Source: Trueperaceae bacterium
Lineage (GTDB): Bacteria > Deinococcota > Deinococci > Deinococcales > Trueperaceae
NCBI GenBank assembly: GCA_965213925.1
Contig: OZ243927.1
Location: 352,001 to 416,000, forward strand
Length of the DNA: 64,000 nt
Direction of reading: 5' to 3'
The notes under the pieces are model-generated. The model did not search any database. It was not told the origin of the DNA and saw nothing but the letters and a program-made list of their open reading frames with translations. Shown one piece after another: positions 29,506 to 38,661 of the stretch. Numbering within the stretch: the stretch's first letter is position 1; every line of letters starts with the position of its first letter. A program made the translations under genes and the position numbers.

Positions 29506-30269
29506 TACTTGAGCGGTCGTCCGCCGTCTACATGGATGATGTTGCCTGTTGTGAAAGGTAAGAGGGTGGCGAGTGCGAGCACGGCGTTCGCCACATCCTC
29601 CGCTTCGGCGAGGCGGTGAAGCGGGGTGTTGTCGATCTGCGCTTGCCGCCATTCGGGGTCGAGCTTCTGCGCGTAGTCGCCCTCGACGAGTCCGGGCGCT
29701 ACCGATACGACGCGGATTTTCGGGGCTAGAGCCCGCGCCAACGAGCGCGTCATCGAATCTAAGGCTGCTTTCGACGCGCAGTAGGCGACGTTGCTCCCTT
29801 CGCCCGTCGTCCCCGCAATCGAGGAGATGTTGACGACTAAGCCGCCGTCCCCGTTCATCAGCAAGTCCTTAAACGCGCGCACACACGCGAACGCGCCGCG
29901 CCAATTGACGCGGAACACTTGGTCGATGAGGTCGTCGTCTAAACCGTCTAAGTCGTCGTGGGCGACGTAGCGGGTCGTGCCTGCGTTGTTGACCAAGAGG
30001 TCGAGTCTGCCGTAGCGAGTTTTGACCTCTTCGGCTAAGGCGTTCGCGCTCGAGCTGTCCCCCACGTCAAGAGGTAAGACGGAGTGATTCTCCCCCGGCA
30101 ACTTCTCAGCCAACGCTTCCGCCTCATCTCGAGAACTCCTGTAGGTCAAAACAACATTGCAACCCGCCTCTGCAAGCCGCTCCGTGATGGACGAGCCGAT
30201 GCCGCCCGCCGCGCCCGTGACGACGGCGACTCTTCCTTGTAAAGAGGTTGTGTTCATGTCGCCACTCAA
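29505..30269 (-). CDS. Short-chain dehydrogenase/reductase
   Basis: TGAAGGIG, NNAG, YCASK, DGG. Confidence 0.93.
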   Translation of the reverse strand: MSGDMNTTSLQGRVAVVTGAAGGIGSSITERLAEAGCNVVLTYRSSRDEAEALAEKLPGENHSVLPLDVGDSSSANALAEEVKTRYGRLDLLVNNAGTTRYVAHDDLDGLDDDLIDQVFRVNWRGAFACVRAFKDLLMNGDGGLVVNISSIAGTTGEGSNVAYCASKAALDSMTRSLARALAPKIRVVSVAPGLVEGDYAQKLDPEWRQAQIDNTPLHRLAEAEDVANAVLALATLLPFTTGNIIHVDGGRPLK

Positions 30270-30300
30270 TATCTCGCTCCGTCTCTTTTTCGCTCCAAGG

Positions 30301-31311
30301 TCACTGCGCCACCTCGAGCACTTCAGCAGGTTTGACGGGTCTCGAGGATGACCGCTCGATGAGTTGACCTCTTAATAGTTGCGTTTTAGGTGTAGGTTTC
30401 TCTAATAACGATAGCGTCGCCTCGATCATCGCCCCCACGGGCTGCCGAACCGTCGTGAGCGAATAGGCAGGACGACGCGCCTCGGCGATGTCGTCAAAGC
30501 CGATGACGGCAGCCTCTTCAGGTACGCGCACCTCTTTCGAACGTAAAGCGTCGAGCACACCTAACGCAATAATGTCGTTCGCGCAGAAGATGGCGTCGGG
30601 TATTTCCGAGAGTTGCTCGAGCGCCGCATAACCCCAATCGTAGCTGTACGTTCCCTCCACCCATACGCAAGGCGCACCTACCTCTTGCAGTTTCCTCAAA
30701 AAGCCGCGCCGCCTGTCCCGGTTCGTTGAGGTGTTGGGCGTACCGCCGATAAAAGCGAAGCGTCCGTGTCCTGCCGCCAAAAAGGTCTCCGCAACGAGCC
30801 GCCCACCCGCAACGTTGTCACATGAAACTGAGGGAAGCGGCGCATCTTCCAGCGTGCGGTTGAATAAGAAGATAGGGACTTGGCTCTTCTCTAAGGCTTG
30901 GGTAACGTGTGACGTCAACGTCACCGAAGTAACGATCACCGCCTCCACGCGGTACTGGAGGGCTTGCATAAGGGCGTCACCAACCTCTTCTTCGTTTTTG
31001 GTCGAAAAGAGAAGCACCTGCCGCCCCTGCTTCTGCAACGCTTCGGAAAAACGCATCAAGACGCTCGGGTAGAAGGGATTCTCGAGGTTGCCCACGATGA
31101 TGCCGACGATATTGGCTTTTTGCATGACGAGGCTGCGGGCGTAGACGTTGGGCTGGTAGCCTAAGCGTTTGGCAACCTCTAAGACGTGTGTTCTCGTTCG
31201 CGCCGCGACTTTGCCGTTGGGATCAAAGGCGCGTGAGACGACGGATTGGGAAACGCCTGCGGCGCGGGCGACGTCGGTTGAGGTGATGCGTTTGGAGAAA
31301 TGCCTTTTCAT
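30301..31311 (-). CDS. LacI family transcriptional regulator
   Basis: TSTDVARAAGVSQSVVSR HTH, YQPN..ARSL, GFDDI, LTTVRQP. Confidence 0.95.
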   Translation of the reverse strand: MKRHFSKRITSTDVARAAGVSQSVVSRAFDPNGKVAARTRTHVLEVAKRLGYQPNVYARSLVMQKANIVGIIVGNLENPFYPSVLMRFSEALQKQGRQVLLFSTKNEEEVGDALMQALQYRVEAVIVTSVTLTSHVTQALEKSQVPIFLFNRTLEDAPLPSVSCDNVAGGRLVAETFLAAGHGRFAFIGGTPNTSTNRDRRRGFLRKLQEVGAPCVWVEGTYSYDWGYAALEQLSEIPDAIFCANDIIALGVLDALRSKEVRVPEEAAVIGFDDIAEARRPAYSLTTVRQPVGAMIEATLSLLEKPTPKTQLLRGQLIERSSSRPVKPAEVLEVAQ

Positions 31312-31319
31312 GATTATGA

Positions 31320-31440
31320 GAGAAAAGGACTGAGTGCTGTTACGAAGTTTTCGCAGAGCGGAGGGACTGAGTAAAAATCTCTTTCCTCTCAGTCCTCAGC
31401 TTCGCTGGAGGCAAGCCGATCAGTCCTTTTCTCTTTTCTC
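31320..31440. repeat. GGACTGA-heptamer hairpin element
   Basis: GAGAAAAGGACTGA...TCAGTCCTTTTCTC outer stem with an inner GGACTGAG/CTCAGTCC stem; same motif at 54703-54768. Confidence 0.65.
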
Positions 31441-32726
31441 TACGCTTTCTCGAGCGCCTTCCCGTACCGCTCCACGCGCAACTCCGCTTGCTTCTTATGC
31501 CCCTCGAACCCTTCGATTTCGCAGATTTTCGCGCAGTTTTGCCCGATTTCCACGCTCGCTTCGGGCGTGCACTTCTGGTAGGTCACTGTCTTGAGGTACT
31601 TGCCGACCCAGAGCCCGCCCGTATAGCGTGCCGCCTTGCCCGTCGGGAGGATGTGGTTCGTGCCGATGGTCTTGTCGCCGTACGCCACGTTCGTCTCCGG
31701 TCCCAAGAAGAGCGAGCCGTAGTTGGTCATGTGCTCCAAGAAGTAGTCGGGGTCGCGGGTCAAAATCTCGACGTGCTCCGAAGCGAGGATGTCGGCTTGC
31801 TCGACGAGTTCTTCGTCCGAGTCAACGAGGATAATTTGCCCGTAATCCTGCCAGGCTTGTCCGGCGACGTCGGCGGTGGGGAGGGTCTCTAATTGCTTGT
31901 CGATCTCCGCCTGGATGCTGTTCGCCAGCTCCTCGCTGCTCGTCAGGAGGACGGCGGGCGAGTTTGTGCCGTGCTCGGCTTGCCCTAAGAGGTCTGTCGC
32001 CACCATCTCCGCGTCGGCGGTCTCGTCCGCGACGACTAAGATTTCGGTGGGTCCCGCCAAGAGGTCGATACCCACTTTACCGAAAAGCTGCCGCTTCGCC
32101 TCGGCGACGAAGGCGTTGCCGGGTCCGACCAAGAAGTCTACGGGCTCGATGGCTTCCGTGCCGAGTGCCATCGCCGCCATCGCTTGGACACCACCGAGGA
32201 CGTAGATTTCGTCCGCGCCCGCTAAGGTCATCGTCGCGACGGTTGCGGGGTAAGGCTTGCCGTCTTTCGGCGGCGTACACGCCACCACGCGCTTCACGCC
32301 CGCCGCTTTCGCCGTAGCGATGCTCATGATGGCGGAGGCGATCATTGGGTAGCGTCCGCCAGGGACATAGCAACCGACCGCGTTCATCGGGATGTTCTTG
32401 TGACCGAGTGTGACGCCGGGTCGCGTTTCGACTTCGATGTCCTTGATGGAGTCTCGCTGGGCTTGGGCGAAGGTGCGGACCTGTTCTAAGGAGAACTTGA
32501 TGGCGTTCAGCTCCTCCTCTGAAACCTGCGACATCGCCTCGTCGATCTCCTCTTGCGACAAGAGGAAGCTCTCGGGCGTGTAGTTGTCGAACTTGTCTGA
32601 GAGTTCGCGTACCGCCTCGTCGCCGCGCTCCTTAACGTCTTTGAGGAGACCCTTGACCTTCTCCTGCACGTCGTCACTGATCGTCTCGCGCTCTTCGACG
32701 CTCATGCCTTCTTTGATGTAACGCAT
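31440..32726 (-). CDS. Histidinol dehydrogenase paralogue (HisD/HpsN-like), likely catabolic
   Basis: [41 protein letters not shown]; not in a his operon. Confidence 0.9.
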   Translation of the reverse strand: MRYIKEGMSVEERETISDDVQEKVKGLLKDVKERGDEAVRELSDKFDNYTPESFLLSQEEIDEAMSQVSEEELNAIKFSLEQVRTFAQAQRDSIKDIEVETRPGVTLGHKNIPMNAVGCYVPGGRYPMIASAIMSIATAKAAGVKRVVACTPPKDGKPYPATVATMTLAGADEIYVLGGVQAMAAMALGTEAIEPVDFLVGPGNAFVAEAKRQLFGKVGIDLLAGPTEILVVADETADAEMVATDLLGQAEHGTNSPAVLLTSSEELANSIQAEIDKQLETLPTADVAGQAWQDYGQIILVDSDEELVEQADILASEHVEILTRDPDYFLEHMTNYGSLFLGPETNVAYGDKTIGTNHILPTGKAARYTGGLWVGKYLKTVTYQKCTPEASVEIGQNCAKICEIEGFEGHKKQAELRVERYGKALEKA

Positions 32727-32777
32727 ACCTTCTCCTTTGATACTAGAAACGTTATGCCGATTCGCTTACGGAAATAG

Positions 32778-33566
32778 TTAGTAAGGTGCTTGCGTGGTCT
32801 CTTGCTTCACGCCTTTAACCTCTTCTGTCACCTTCTTTGCCGCGCCCGATAGGAGCCGAATGTCCGTCTCCACCGTGACGAACTGATAGCCCAGGTCGAT
32901 CATCTTTTTCGCGTACTGAGTCGAATTATTGTGAAGCCCTGCGACGACGTTATGCTCACGCGCCACCTTGACGATGCGTTCCAACGCCTCCACGACCGGA
33001 CCCTCTTCAAAGTCCGCGCCGGGTTTACCGCCCAAGCTCTGACTCAAGTCCGCCGGACCCACGTAAACGGCGTCTAAACCGGGGGTTTGGACGATTTCCT
33101 CGAGGTTCTCCAACCCCGCCGCCGTCTCGATCATCGCGAAGGTCAAGACCTCTTCATTTGCGTTCGCAGCATAGTCCGACCCTGCGTAAAGTGCTGCCCG
33201 CGTCGGTCCATAACTCCGATACCCGTGCGGCGGATAGCGGCACGCACCTACGAACGCTTCCGCTTCCTTTGCGCTGTTGATCATCGGGCAGATGATGCCG
33301 TAACAGCCCGCGTCTAAGAGTTTCATGATGATGCCGGGCTCGTTCCAGGGGACGCGAGCGAGCGGGACGGTATCCGTCGTCGAAATCGCTTGAAACATCG
33401 GCACGGCGCTCTCGAAGTGGCTGAGCCCGTGCTGCATGTCCACCGTGAGGCTACCGAAGCCTGCGTGCGCCATGACTTCTGCGCTGATAGATGATGGGAT
33501 GTGGAGCCAGCCGTTAAGGACGCTGTCGCCACGTTCGAACGCTTCTTTTAAGAGGTTGCGTCTCAT
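32778..33566 (-). CDS. HpcH/HpaI class II aldolase
   Basis: VDMQHG, RVPWN, LDAG, MIET, GPADLS. Confidence 0.92.
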   Translation of the reverse strand: MRRNLLKEAFERGDSVLNGWLHIPSSISAEVMAHAGFGSLTVDMQHGLSHFESAVPMFQAISTTDTVPLARVPWNEPGIIMKLLDAGCYGIICPMINSAKEAEAFVGACRYPPHGYRSYGPTRAALYAGSDYAANANEEVLTFAMIETAAGLENLEEIVQTPGLDAVYVGPADLSQSLGGKPGADFEEGPVVEALERIVKVAREHNVVAGLHNNSTQYAKKMIDLGYQFVTVETDIRLLSGAAKKVTEEVKGVKQETTQAPY

Positions 33567-33592
33567 CTAACCACCCGCATCAGTTCACCAAC

Positions 33593-34282
33593 TCAATTCT
33601 CTAGCCAAGCGCGAAGCGCGGCGGTGACGGCGACGGGCTGCTCGAGCGTGCTGTAATGCCCACACTCTTCAACCACGACGAGCGCGGCTTGGAGCATCCT
33701 CTCTTTGATCTCTTCGTGGAGTTCTATGGGCGTCGCCGGGTCACTCCGTCCCGCAATCAGCAAAGTAGGACAGGTGATCTCCCCGAGCATCTCGCGGCGG
33801 TCTTCGCGGCTCCGTAAGGTATCTAACTGCTTCAAAAACGCCTCCTCCCCGACGCGCTGTCCCATGAGCTTGATGACGGCGTGGAGAAGTGAATTGTCCC
33901 GGTGCGTCCAGCCCGCAAGCGCGTTTAGTACTTCTCCGAATTTGCCTGAGCGCGTCATTTCCTCCCACTTGTCCCACGCTTCGAAATTCGCAGGCGTCGA
34001 ACCTCTTGCGTTACCACTCAAAATGGCGAGCTTAGTCACACGCTCCGGGGCTTGCCTCATGATTTCAAAGGCGATGATTGCGCCCATCGAGTGACCTGCC
34101 AAAGCAAATTTATCCGGTGCGTTTTGGAGAACGTCCCTTGCCACGTCCTCAACGGACGAACTCTCGGAGAGGTCGCCAAAGTGCACCTCCGCTACGTCCG
34201 CCAAGTGCTTCACCTGATGCGCCCACAGATGCTCATCACAGAGGGTTCCGGGCAGCAACACGAGTTGTTTCGTCTCGCTCAA
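33593..34282 (-). CDS. Alpha/beta hydrolase
   Basis: PGTLCD oxyanion region, GHSMG nucleophile elbow, G..D, CGH. Confidence 0.9.
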   Translation of the reverse strand: MSETKQLVLLPGTLCDEHLWAHQVKHLADVAEVHFGDLSESSSVEDVARDVLQNAPDKFALAGHSMGAIIAFEIMRQAPERVTKLAILSGNARGSTPANFEAWDKWEEMTRSGKFGEVLNALAGWTHRDNSLLHAVIKLMGQRVGEEAFLKQLDTLRSREDRREMLGEITCPTLLIAGRSDPATPIELHEEIKERMLQAALVVVEECGHYSTLEQPVAVTAALRAWLEN

Positions 34283-34902
34283 GCGTTCTCCTGTTCTTCA
34301 CTGTCCAGCTTTTCGCGCATCTGACGCTCGAGTTCCTCATAATGGTCCGGCTTGATCATCTTACCCGAGTCATCCGCGTCGAAGCCCTTTTCGGCGGCTT
34401 GCCGGATGACCTGCGGAGCCCAGTAGGGGTCTTTGCCTGAAAAGACCTTGTGCTCTTCTAAGATGCCCAAAATCCAACCCTCTTCACCGTTGTTATCTAG
34501 CACCTCGAAGCCGCGCCAGAGTTTCGGCGGCAGCGAGATGAGGTCCCACTCCTCGATGATGGTGTCGTCGTCCACCTTGTCGGGCTCTTCGCCCCAATAG
34601 AAACGCCACCTGCCTTTGAGCGGCATAAAGGCTTCGACGTAGTCGTGTGTATGGTACGCCGGACCGTTGCCCGGTTTCGCCTTGACGATGCCGACTTGGA
34701 AGCTGTGCGGTGCAGTAATGAGGGGATCGTAGTGGTCGTTCTCGCTGGCGGTGTCGCCAATCAAGGCGTAGTTCATCCGCTGATGCCCTTCTAAGATGCT
34801 GTCGATAAACATGAGCGGTGTGCCGCGCTTTTTGAGGTCGTTAAAACGGGCAATGCGCCCCTCCATCGGGCTGGTTGCTGGGTCTGTTTTTGTGCTGTCC
34901 AC
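34279..34902 (-). CDS. Cupin domain protein
   Basis: PAYHTHDYVEAF...G and WDLISLPP..WRGFE cupin motifs; GTG start at 34902 with AAGGAG RBS. Confidence 0.85.
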   Translation of the reverse strand: MDSTKTDPATSPMEGRIARFNDLKKRGTPLMFIDSILEGHQRMNYALIGDTASENDHYDPLITAPHSFQVGIVKAKPGNGPAYHTHDYVEAFMPLKGRWRFYWGEEPDKVDDDTIIEEWDLISLPPKLWRGFEVLDNNGEEGWILGILEEHKVFSGKDPYWAPQVIRQAAEKGFDADDSGKMIKPDHYEELERQMREKLDSEEQENA

Positions 34903-34920
34903 GTGCGCTCCTTTCGAGCT

Positions 34921-34973
34921 AGAATACGTATGCAAAGAGGTCTTGACCTTACCTGAATTTCTCGCCGATGTAA
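34921..34973 (-). promoter_or_regulatory. Candidate promoter plus LacI-type operator for the catabolic operon
   Basis: On minus strand TTTACA-N17-TAAGGT followed by CG-centred palindrome TGCATACGTATTC. Confidence 0.5.
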
Positions 34974-35201
34974 AGATGTGGTGGCGTCAGGGCGTAAACA
35001 CCGCAGCGACGACTCTACGGTTATTCCGCAGCAGTTTTATCTCTTTTTTATCTCTTTGCGTCCACACATCAGACCATGTATCTGAGGTATGTACTTGCGC
35101 ACCAAATTTTAAGGTATCTCGGGGTGATATAAACGCTTTAGTTTTTCGCTCACGGATAACGTTTAGCACGTCTCTCGCGCGAAAAGAGGTCTGTGAGACA
35201 A

Positions 35202-35231
35202 TTGACATAGCAGGCGGCACCGGGGTACTTT
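35202..35231 (+). promoter_or_regulatory. Candidate sigma70 promoter for the ABC operon
   Basis: TTGACA-N18-TACTTT. Confidence 0.35.
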
Positions 35232-35357
35232 AGTGAATGAGATACTTCACAGTCTGCTGCAGTTATTACGAGTCTCGGCGGCGTCATATAGAACTCGAGC
35301 GAATCGGCGTAGAGGTCTAACCCGCCCTTCAGACTGTGACCTTTAGGAGGTCTCCGC

Positions 35358-36746
35358 ATGGCACGTTACGCAAGTCGACTCTCTCTAACTGTATTCATGG
35401 TGCTTGTCGCTTTGGGGCTAGTCTTTGGACTGGTCGCCGCGCAAGACACGGGCGGCGAGAGCGCCCCCAGCGGACCCGCAACCGCGGCGACCTATGGACT
35501 CCAAGAGGGCAAGCCCTTCGAGGGCACCGAGCTGCGCATCCTGAGCTGCTGCCCGACCGCGCCTCAACTCGCCAATATAATCGAGCGCACCGACACTGAA
35601 TTTCAGGAGTTGACAGGCATCACCGTCGAGTGGGACAGCACGCCTTTCGGCAACTTCCAAGACGAGCTTTTGCTCCAGGGCTCCTCGGGCACGGGTACCT
35701 ACGACCTCGCCTTTTGGGTGGACTCGTGGGGCGTCGGCTTACAGAACTTCCTCGAGCCCTTAGATGAGTACATGGCGGAGTCGGGTAAGACGATGGAGGA
35801 CTACCCGCAAGCCTATATCGACTCGAGCCGTATGGGGACCGACACCACCTACGGCTTCCCGCTGCGCGGTCACGCTCAGATGCTCTACTACCGCGCCGAC
35901 GTGTTTGAAGAGCTGGGGCTAGAGGTGCCGCAGACTTGGCAGCAGATTGTCGAAGCGGGACAGGTCATTCGCGAACAAACCGACCTAGAGCCTATCGCGA
36001 TGTATTACGGCATCAACGCGGGTCAAAACCTCTTCAACTATTTCTCGATGCTCTGGGGCAACGGCGGCGACATCTTCGACGAGAACTTGCGTCCCACGTT
36101 TAATAGCGAAGCGGGCGTCGCGGCGGCGAACTACTACGCGAACTTGGTGCAGGACTTCAACGTGACCAACGACGCTTCGCTCGCTTTTAACGAGCAGGAG
36201 GCGAACCAGGAGATGGTGCAGGGTCGCGCCGCGATGTTCGTAGGCTGGTCATGGATGTTCACCCGCTTCAGCTCGGATTCTGCGACGCCCGAAGTGCAAG
36301 AGAACGCTGCGTTCGCGGCTGCGCCTGGCTGGGAAGGCGGCGACCGGACCTCGTACGGCTACCTCTGGCCGGTGGGGATGTTTAGCGCGTCGGATAACAA
36401 AGAGGCTGCTTACGAGTACCTCCAGTGGATTTCGAGCGCCGAACTCGACCGCGCGGTCGTAACCGACAACGACGAACCGGACCTCAATACGGTGGTCGCG
36501 GTGCACCTCTCGGTGCTGCAAGACCCAAACGTTTACGAAGCTGATAACGGTTTGCAGCAGACGATGGCGGAGACGCTCACCGAAGCCCGCTCGACGCCGC
36601 TGATTTCAAACTGGCTCGAGGTGCAAAGCATCTTAGAGGTCGCCATCAACGAAATCGCCAACGGCGCGGACGCTCAGGCAACTTTAGACGACGCAGCGGC
36701 GAACGTCGAAGAGGCGATGGACCGCGCGGGGTACTACAACGATTGA
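35358..36746 (+). CDS. Sugar-type ABC transporter substrate-binding protein (CUT1)
   Basis: Signal peptide; LYYRAD...P.TW, G.AAM, A.EYLQW family motifs; AGGAGG RBS. Confidence 0.92.
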   Translation: MARYASRLSLTVFMVLVALGLVFGLVAAQDTGGESAPSGPATAATYGLQEGKPFEGTELRILSCCPTAPQLANIIERTDTEFQELTGITVEWDSTPFGNFQDELLLQGSSGTGTYDLAFWVDSWGVGLQNFLEPLDEYMAESGKTMEDYPQAYIDSSRMGTDTTYGFPLRGHAQMLYYRADVFEELGLEVPQTWQQIVEAGQVIREQTDLEPIAMYYGINAGQNLFNYFSMLWGNGGDIFDENLRPTFNSEAGVAAANYYANLVQDFNVTNDASLAFNEQEANQEMVQGRAAMFVGWSWMFTRFSSDSATPEVQENAAFAAAPGWEGGDRTSYGYLWPVGMFSASDNKEAAYEYLQWISSAELDRAVVTDNDEPDLNTVVAVHLSVLQDPNVYEADNGLQQTMAETLTEARSTPLISNWLEVQSILEVAINEIANGADAQATLDDAAANVEEAMDRAGYYND

Positions 36747-36788
36747 GGTTGGCGCGTAGCAGATTGCGTGCGTAAGGAAGCTGATTCT

Positions 36789-36864
36789 TAGCAATGAGTT
36801 AAAAGCAATGAGCAACGAGTCTAAAGCCCTTGAATTTCACTCATTGCTCGGTACTCATTGCTAA
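36789..36864. repeat. AGCAATG-heptamer hairpin (intra-operon stem-loop)
   Basis: TAGCAATGAGT...ACTCATTGCTA with internal repeats. Confidence 0.6.
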
Positions 36865-36901
36865 GTAACAAGATTGGTGGGAGCCATGACACAAGTAAGC
36901 C

Positions 36902-37789
36902 TTGGTGCCGTCCATGCGGCGTAACCCTCTCTCGATTGCAGCGCTGGTCGTCCCAGCGCTGCTCGTCGTTGCGCTAACGACGACCTATCCTCTCATCTCC
37001 GCCTTTCTAACGAGCTTCCGCTTCTGGCGGCTCAACCGCTCGACCGAGCCCGGCGAGTGGGTTGGCTTCGAGAATTACCTCCGCGCATTTGAGGATGGGG
37101 CGTTCTTAAACAGCATGAGTGTGACCCTCATCTACACGCTCATCTCGGTGGGCTTCTCGCTCGGGTTAGGCTTAGCGTTCGCGCTCCTCTTACAGCGCGA
37201 AAACCGCATCAACACTGCGATTCGCGTGCTCCTCATCTTCCCCTACGCGGTGAGCCCCGCCCTCAAAGGCTTCTCCTGGCGCTTCATGCTCAACCCGAAC
37301 TACGGCGTGTATGACTGGGCGGTAGGCACACTTTTTCCCTTCTTGGACGGTATCATCTGGCTCGCCCAGCCCTTCTGGGCGCTCTTTTGGATGGCGATGT
37401 CGGAGGTGTGGGGTTGGGCTCCTCTTATCGCGCTTATGTTCATCGGCGCACTCGGCTCGATCTCTGAAAACCTCTACGAGGCGGCTCGCATCGACGGCGC
37501 GAACCGTTTGCAAATCTTTCGCTCGATCACCTTGCCGCTGCTCTTGCCCGTTATCTTGATCGTCGCGCTGCTAAAAACGATCTTCTCCCTAAAGCTCTTT
37601 GCTCAGGTCGTCACCATGACGGGCGGCGGTCCGGGTCGCGCCACGCAGACACTCAACTATTATGTCTATCAGAACGCCTTTCGCAACCTCGATATGGGCT
37701 ACGCCTCGGCGCTCGCCTGGATTCTAGTGGTTGTCATGTCTATTTTCGCGTTCGCCTACGTCTATCTCGTCTTACAGCGGCAGAACTGA
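36902..37789 (+). CDS. Carbohydrate ABC transporter permease
   Basis: YEAARIDGA EAA loop, MTGGGPG; true start may be ATG 36886 (needs a 1-base deletion) or a downstream ATG. Confidence 0.92.
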   Translation: MVPSMRRNPLSIAALVVPALLVVALTTTYPLISAFLTSFRFWRLNRSTEPGEWVGFENYLRAFEDGAFLNSMSVTLIYTLISVGFSLGLGLAFALLLQRENRINTAIRVLLIFPYAVSPALKGFSWRFMLNPNYGVYDWAVGTLFPFLDGIIWLAQPFWALFWMAMSEVWGWAPLIALMFIGALGSISENLYEAARIDGANRLQIFRSITLPLLLPVILIVALLKTIFSLKLFAQVVTMTGGGPGRATQTLNYYVYQNAFRNLDMGYASALAWILVVVMSIFAFAYVYLVLQRQN

Positions 37790-37799
37790 GAGGGGCATC

Positions 37800-38606
37800 A
37801 TGTCTAAACTTCTCGAGAACGTCGGGCGCGTCCTTATCTTGCTCTATATCATCGTGCCTATCTTCTGGATTACGATAACCGCATTTAAGAGGGAGCAAGA
37901 CGTCTTCTCGCTCAGGGTCTTTTTCCAGCCCACCTTGCAAAACTTCGTCGAAATCTTCTCCGACCCCTTCAACTTCGGGCCGCTTCTGCGCAACAGCTTT
38001 ATCATCTCGCTTGGGACGATCATCATCGCCATCCCCTTGGCGGTGGCGGCTTCCTACGTCTTCTCGCGCTACAGCTTTCGCTTCAGCACCTTTTTACTCG
38101 TTTGGGTGCTCGCCACGCAGTTCGTGCCGCCCGTGGTCGTAGGGATTCCCTTTTTCACCCTCTTTCGCAACGTCAACTTGCTCGACACGCCCTGGGCGCT
38201 CATCATCGTCAACCTCTCACTGGTGCTTCCCTACGCGATCTGGCTTATCAAAGGCTTCGTGGACGCGCAACCTGTGGAGATCGAGGAGGCGGCGACGGTG
38301 GACGGGTGCAACATCTTCCAGATTTTGCAGTACGTGACCTTTCCGCTCATCGCGCCTGGCGTCATCGTGGCGGCAGCGTTCTCCTTCATCCTTGCCTGGA
38401 ACGAGTTTTTGTTCGCGCTCATCATGACGAACAGCGACAACGCCGAAACGCTGCAAGTCGGGCTCTTGGCGACGCAGACGTCGCAAGGCGTCGAGTGGGA
38501 GCTGATGTCGGCGACAGGGCTGCTGATCATGGTGCCGATTTTCGTCCTGTCGCTCTTCATCCGGCGGCACTTTATCAGCGGGATTACGATGGGCGCGGTG
38601 AAGTAG
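37800..38606 (+). CDS. Carbohydrate ABC transporter permease
   Basis: EEAATVDG, AWNEFLFAL, G.T.GAVK C-terminus. Confidence 0.93.
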   Translation: MSKLLENVGRVLILLYIIVPIFWITITAFKREQDVFSLRVFFQPTLQNFVEIFSDPFNFGPLLRNSFIISLGTIIIAIPLAVAASYVFSRYSFRFSTFLLVWVLATQFVPPVVVGIPFFTLFRNVNLLDTPWALIIVNLSLVLPYAIWLIKGFVDAQPVEIEEAATVDGCNIFQILQYVTFPLIAPGVIVAAAFSFILAWNEFLFALIMTNSDNAETLQVGLLATQTSQGVEWELMSATGLLIMVPIFVLSLFIRRHFISGITMGAVK

Positions 38607-38661
38607 GGCTCGAGCTAGACCGCATTCAGTGCGGTCGACCTTTCTAACGGCAGGGTAACTT

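Noticed and set aside
31440..32726. Calling this the biosynthetic hisD
   Set aside because: Catabolic context, no his genes nearby, and HpsN-like sequence features (GDK..GTNH)
35029..35259. Sixth TAGCAG-family MITE (CAGCAGTT...CTGCTG)
   Set aside because: Only 6-8 bp terminal match, no target duplication, no shared internal blocks
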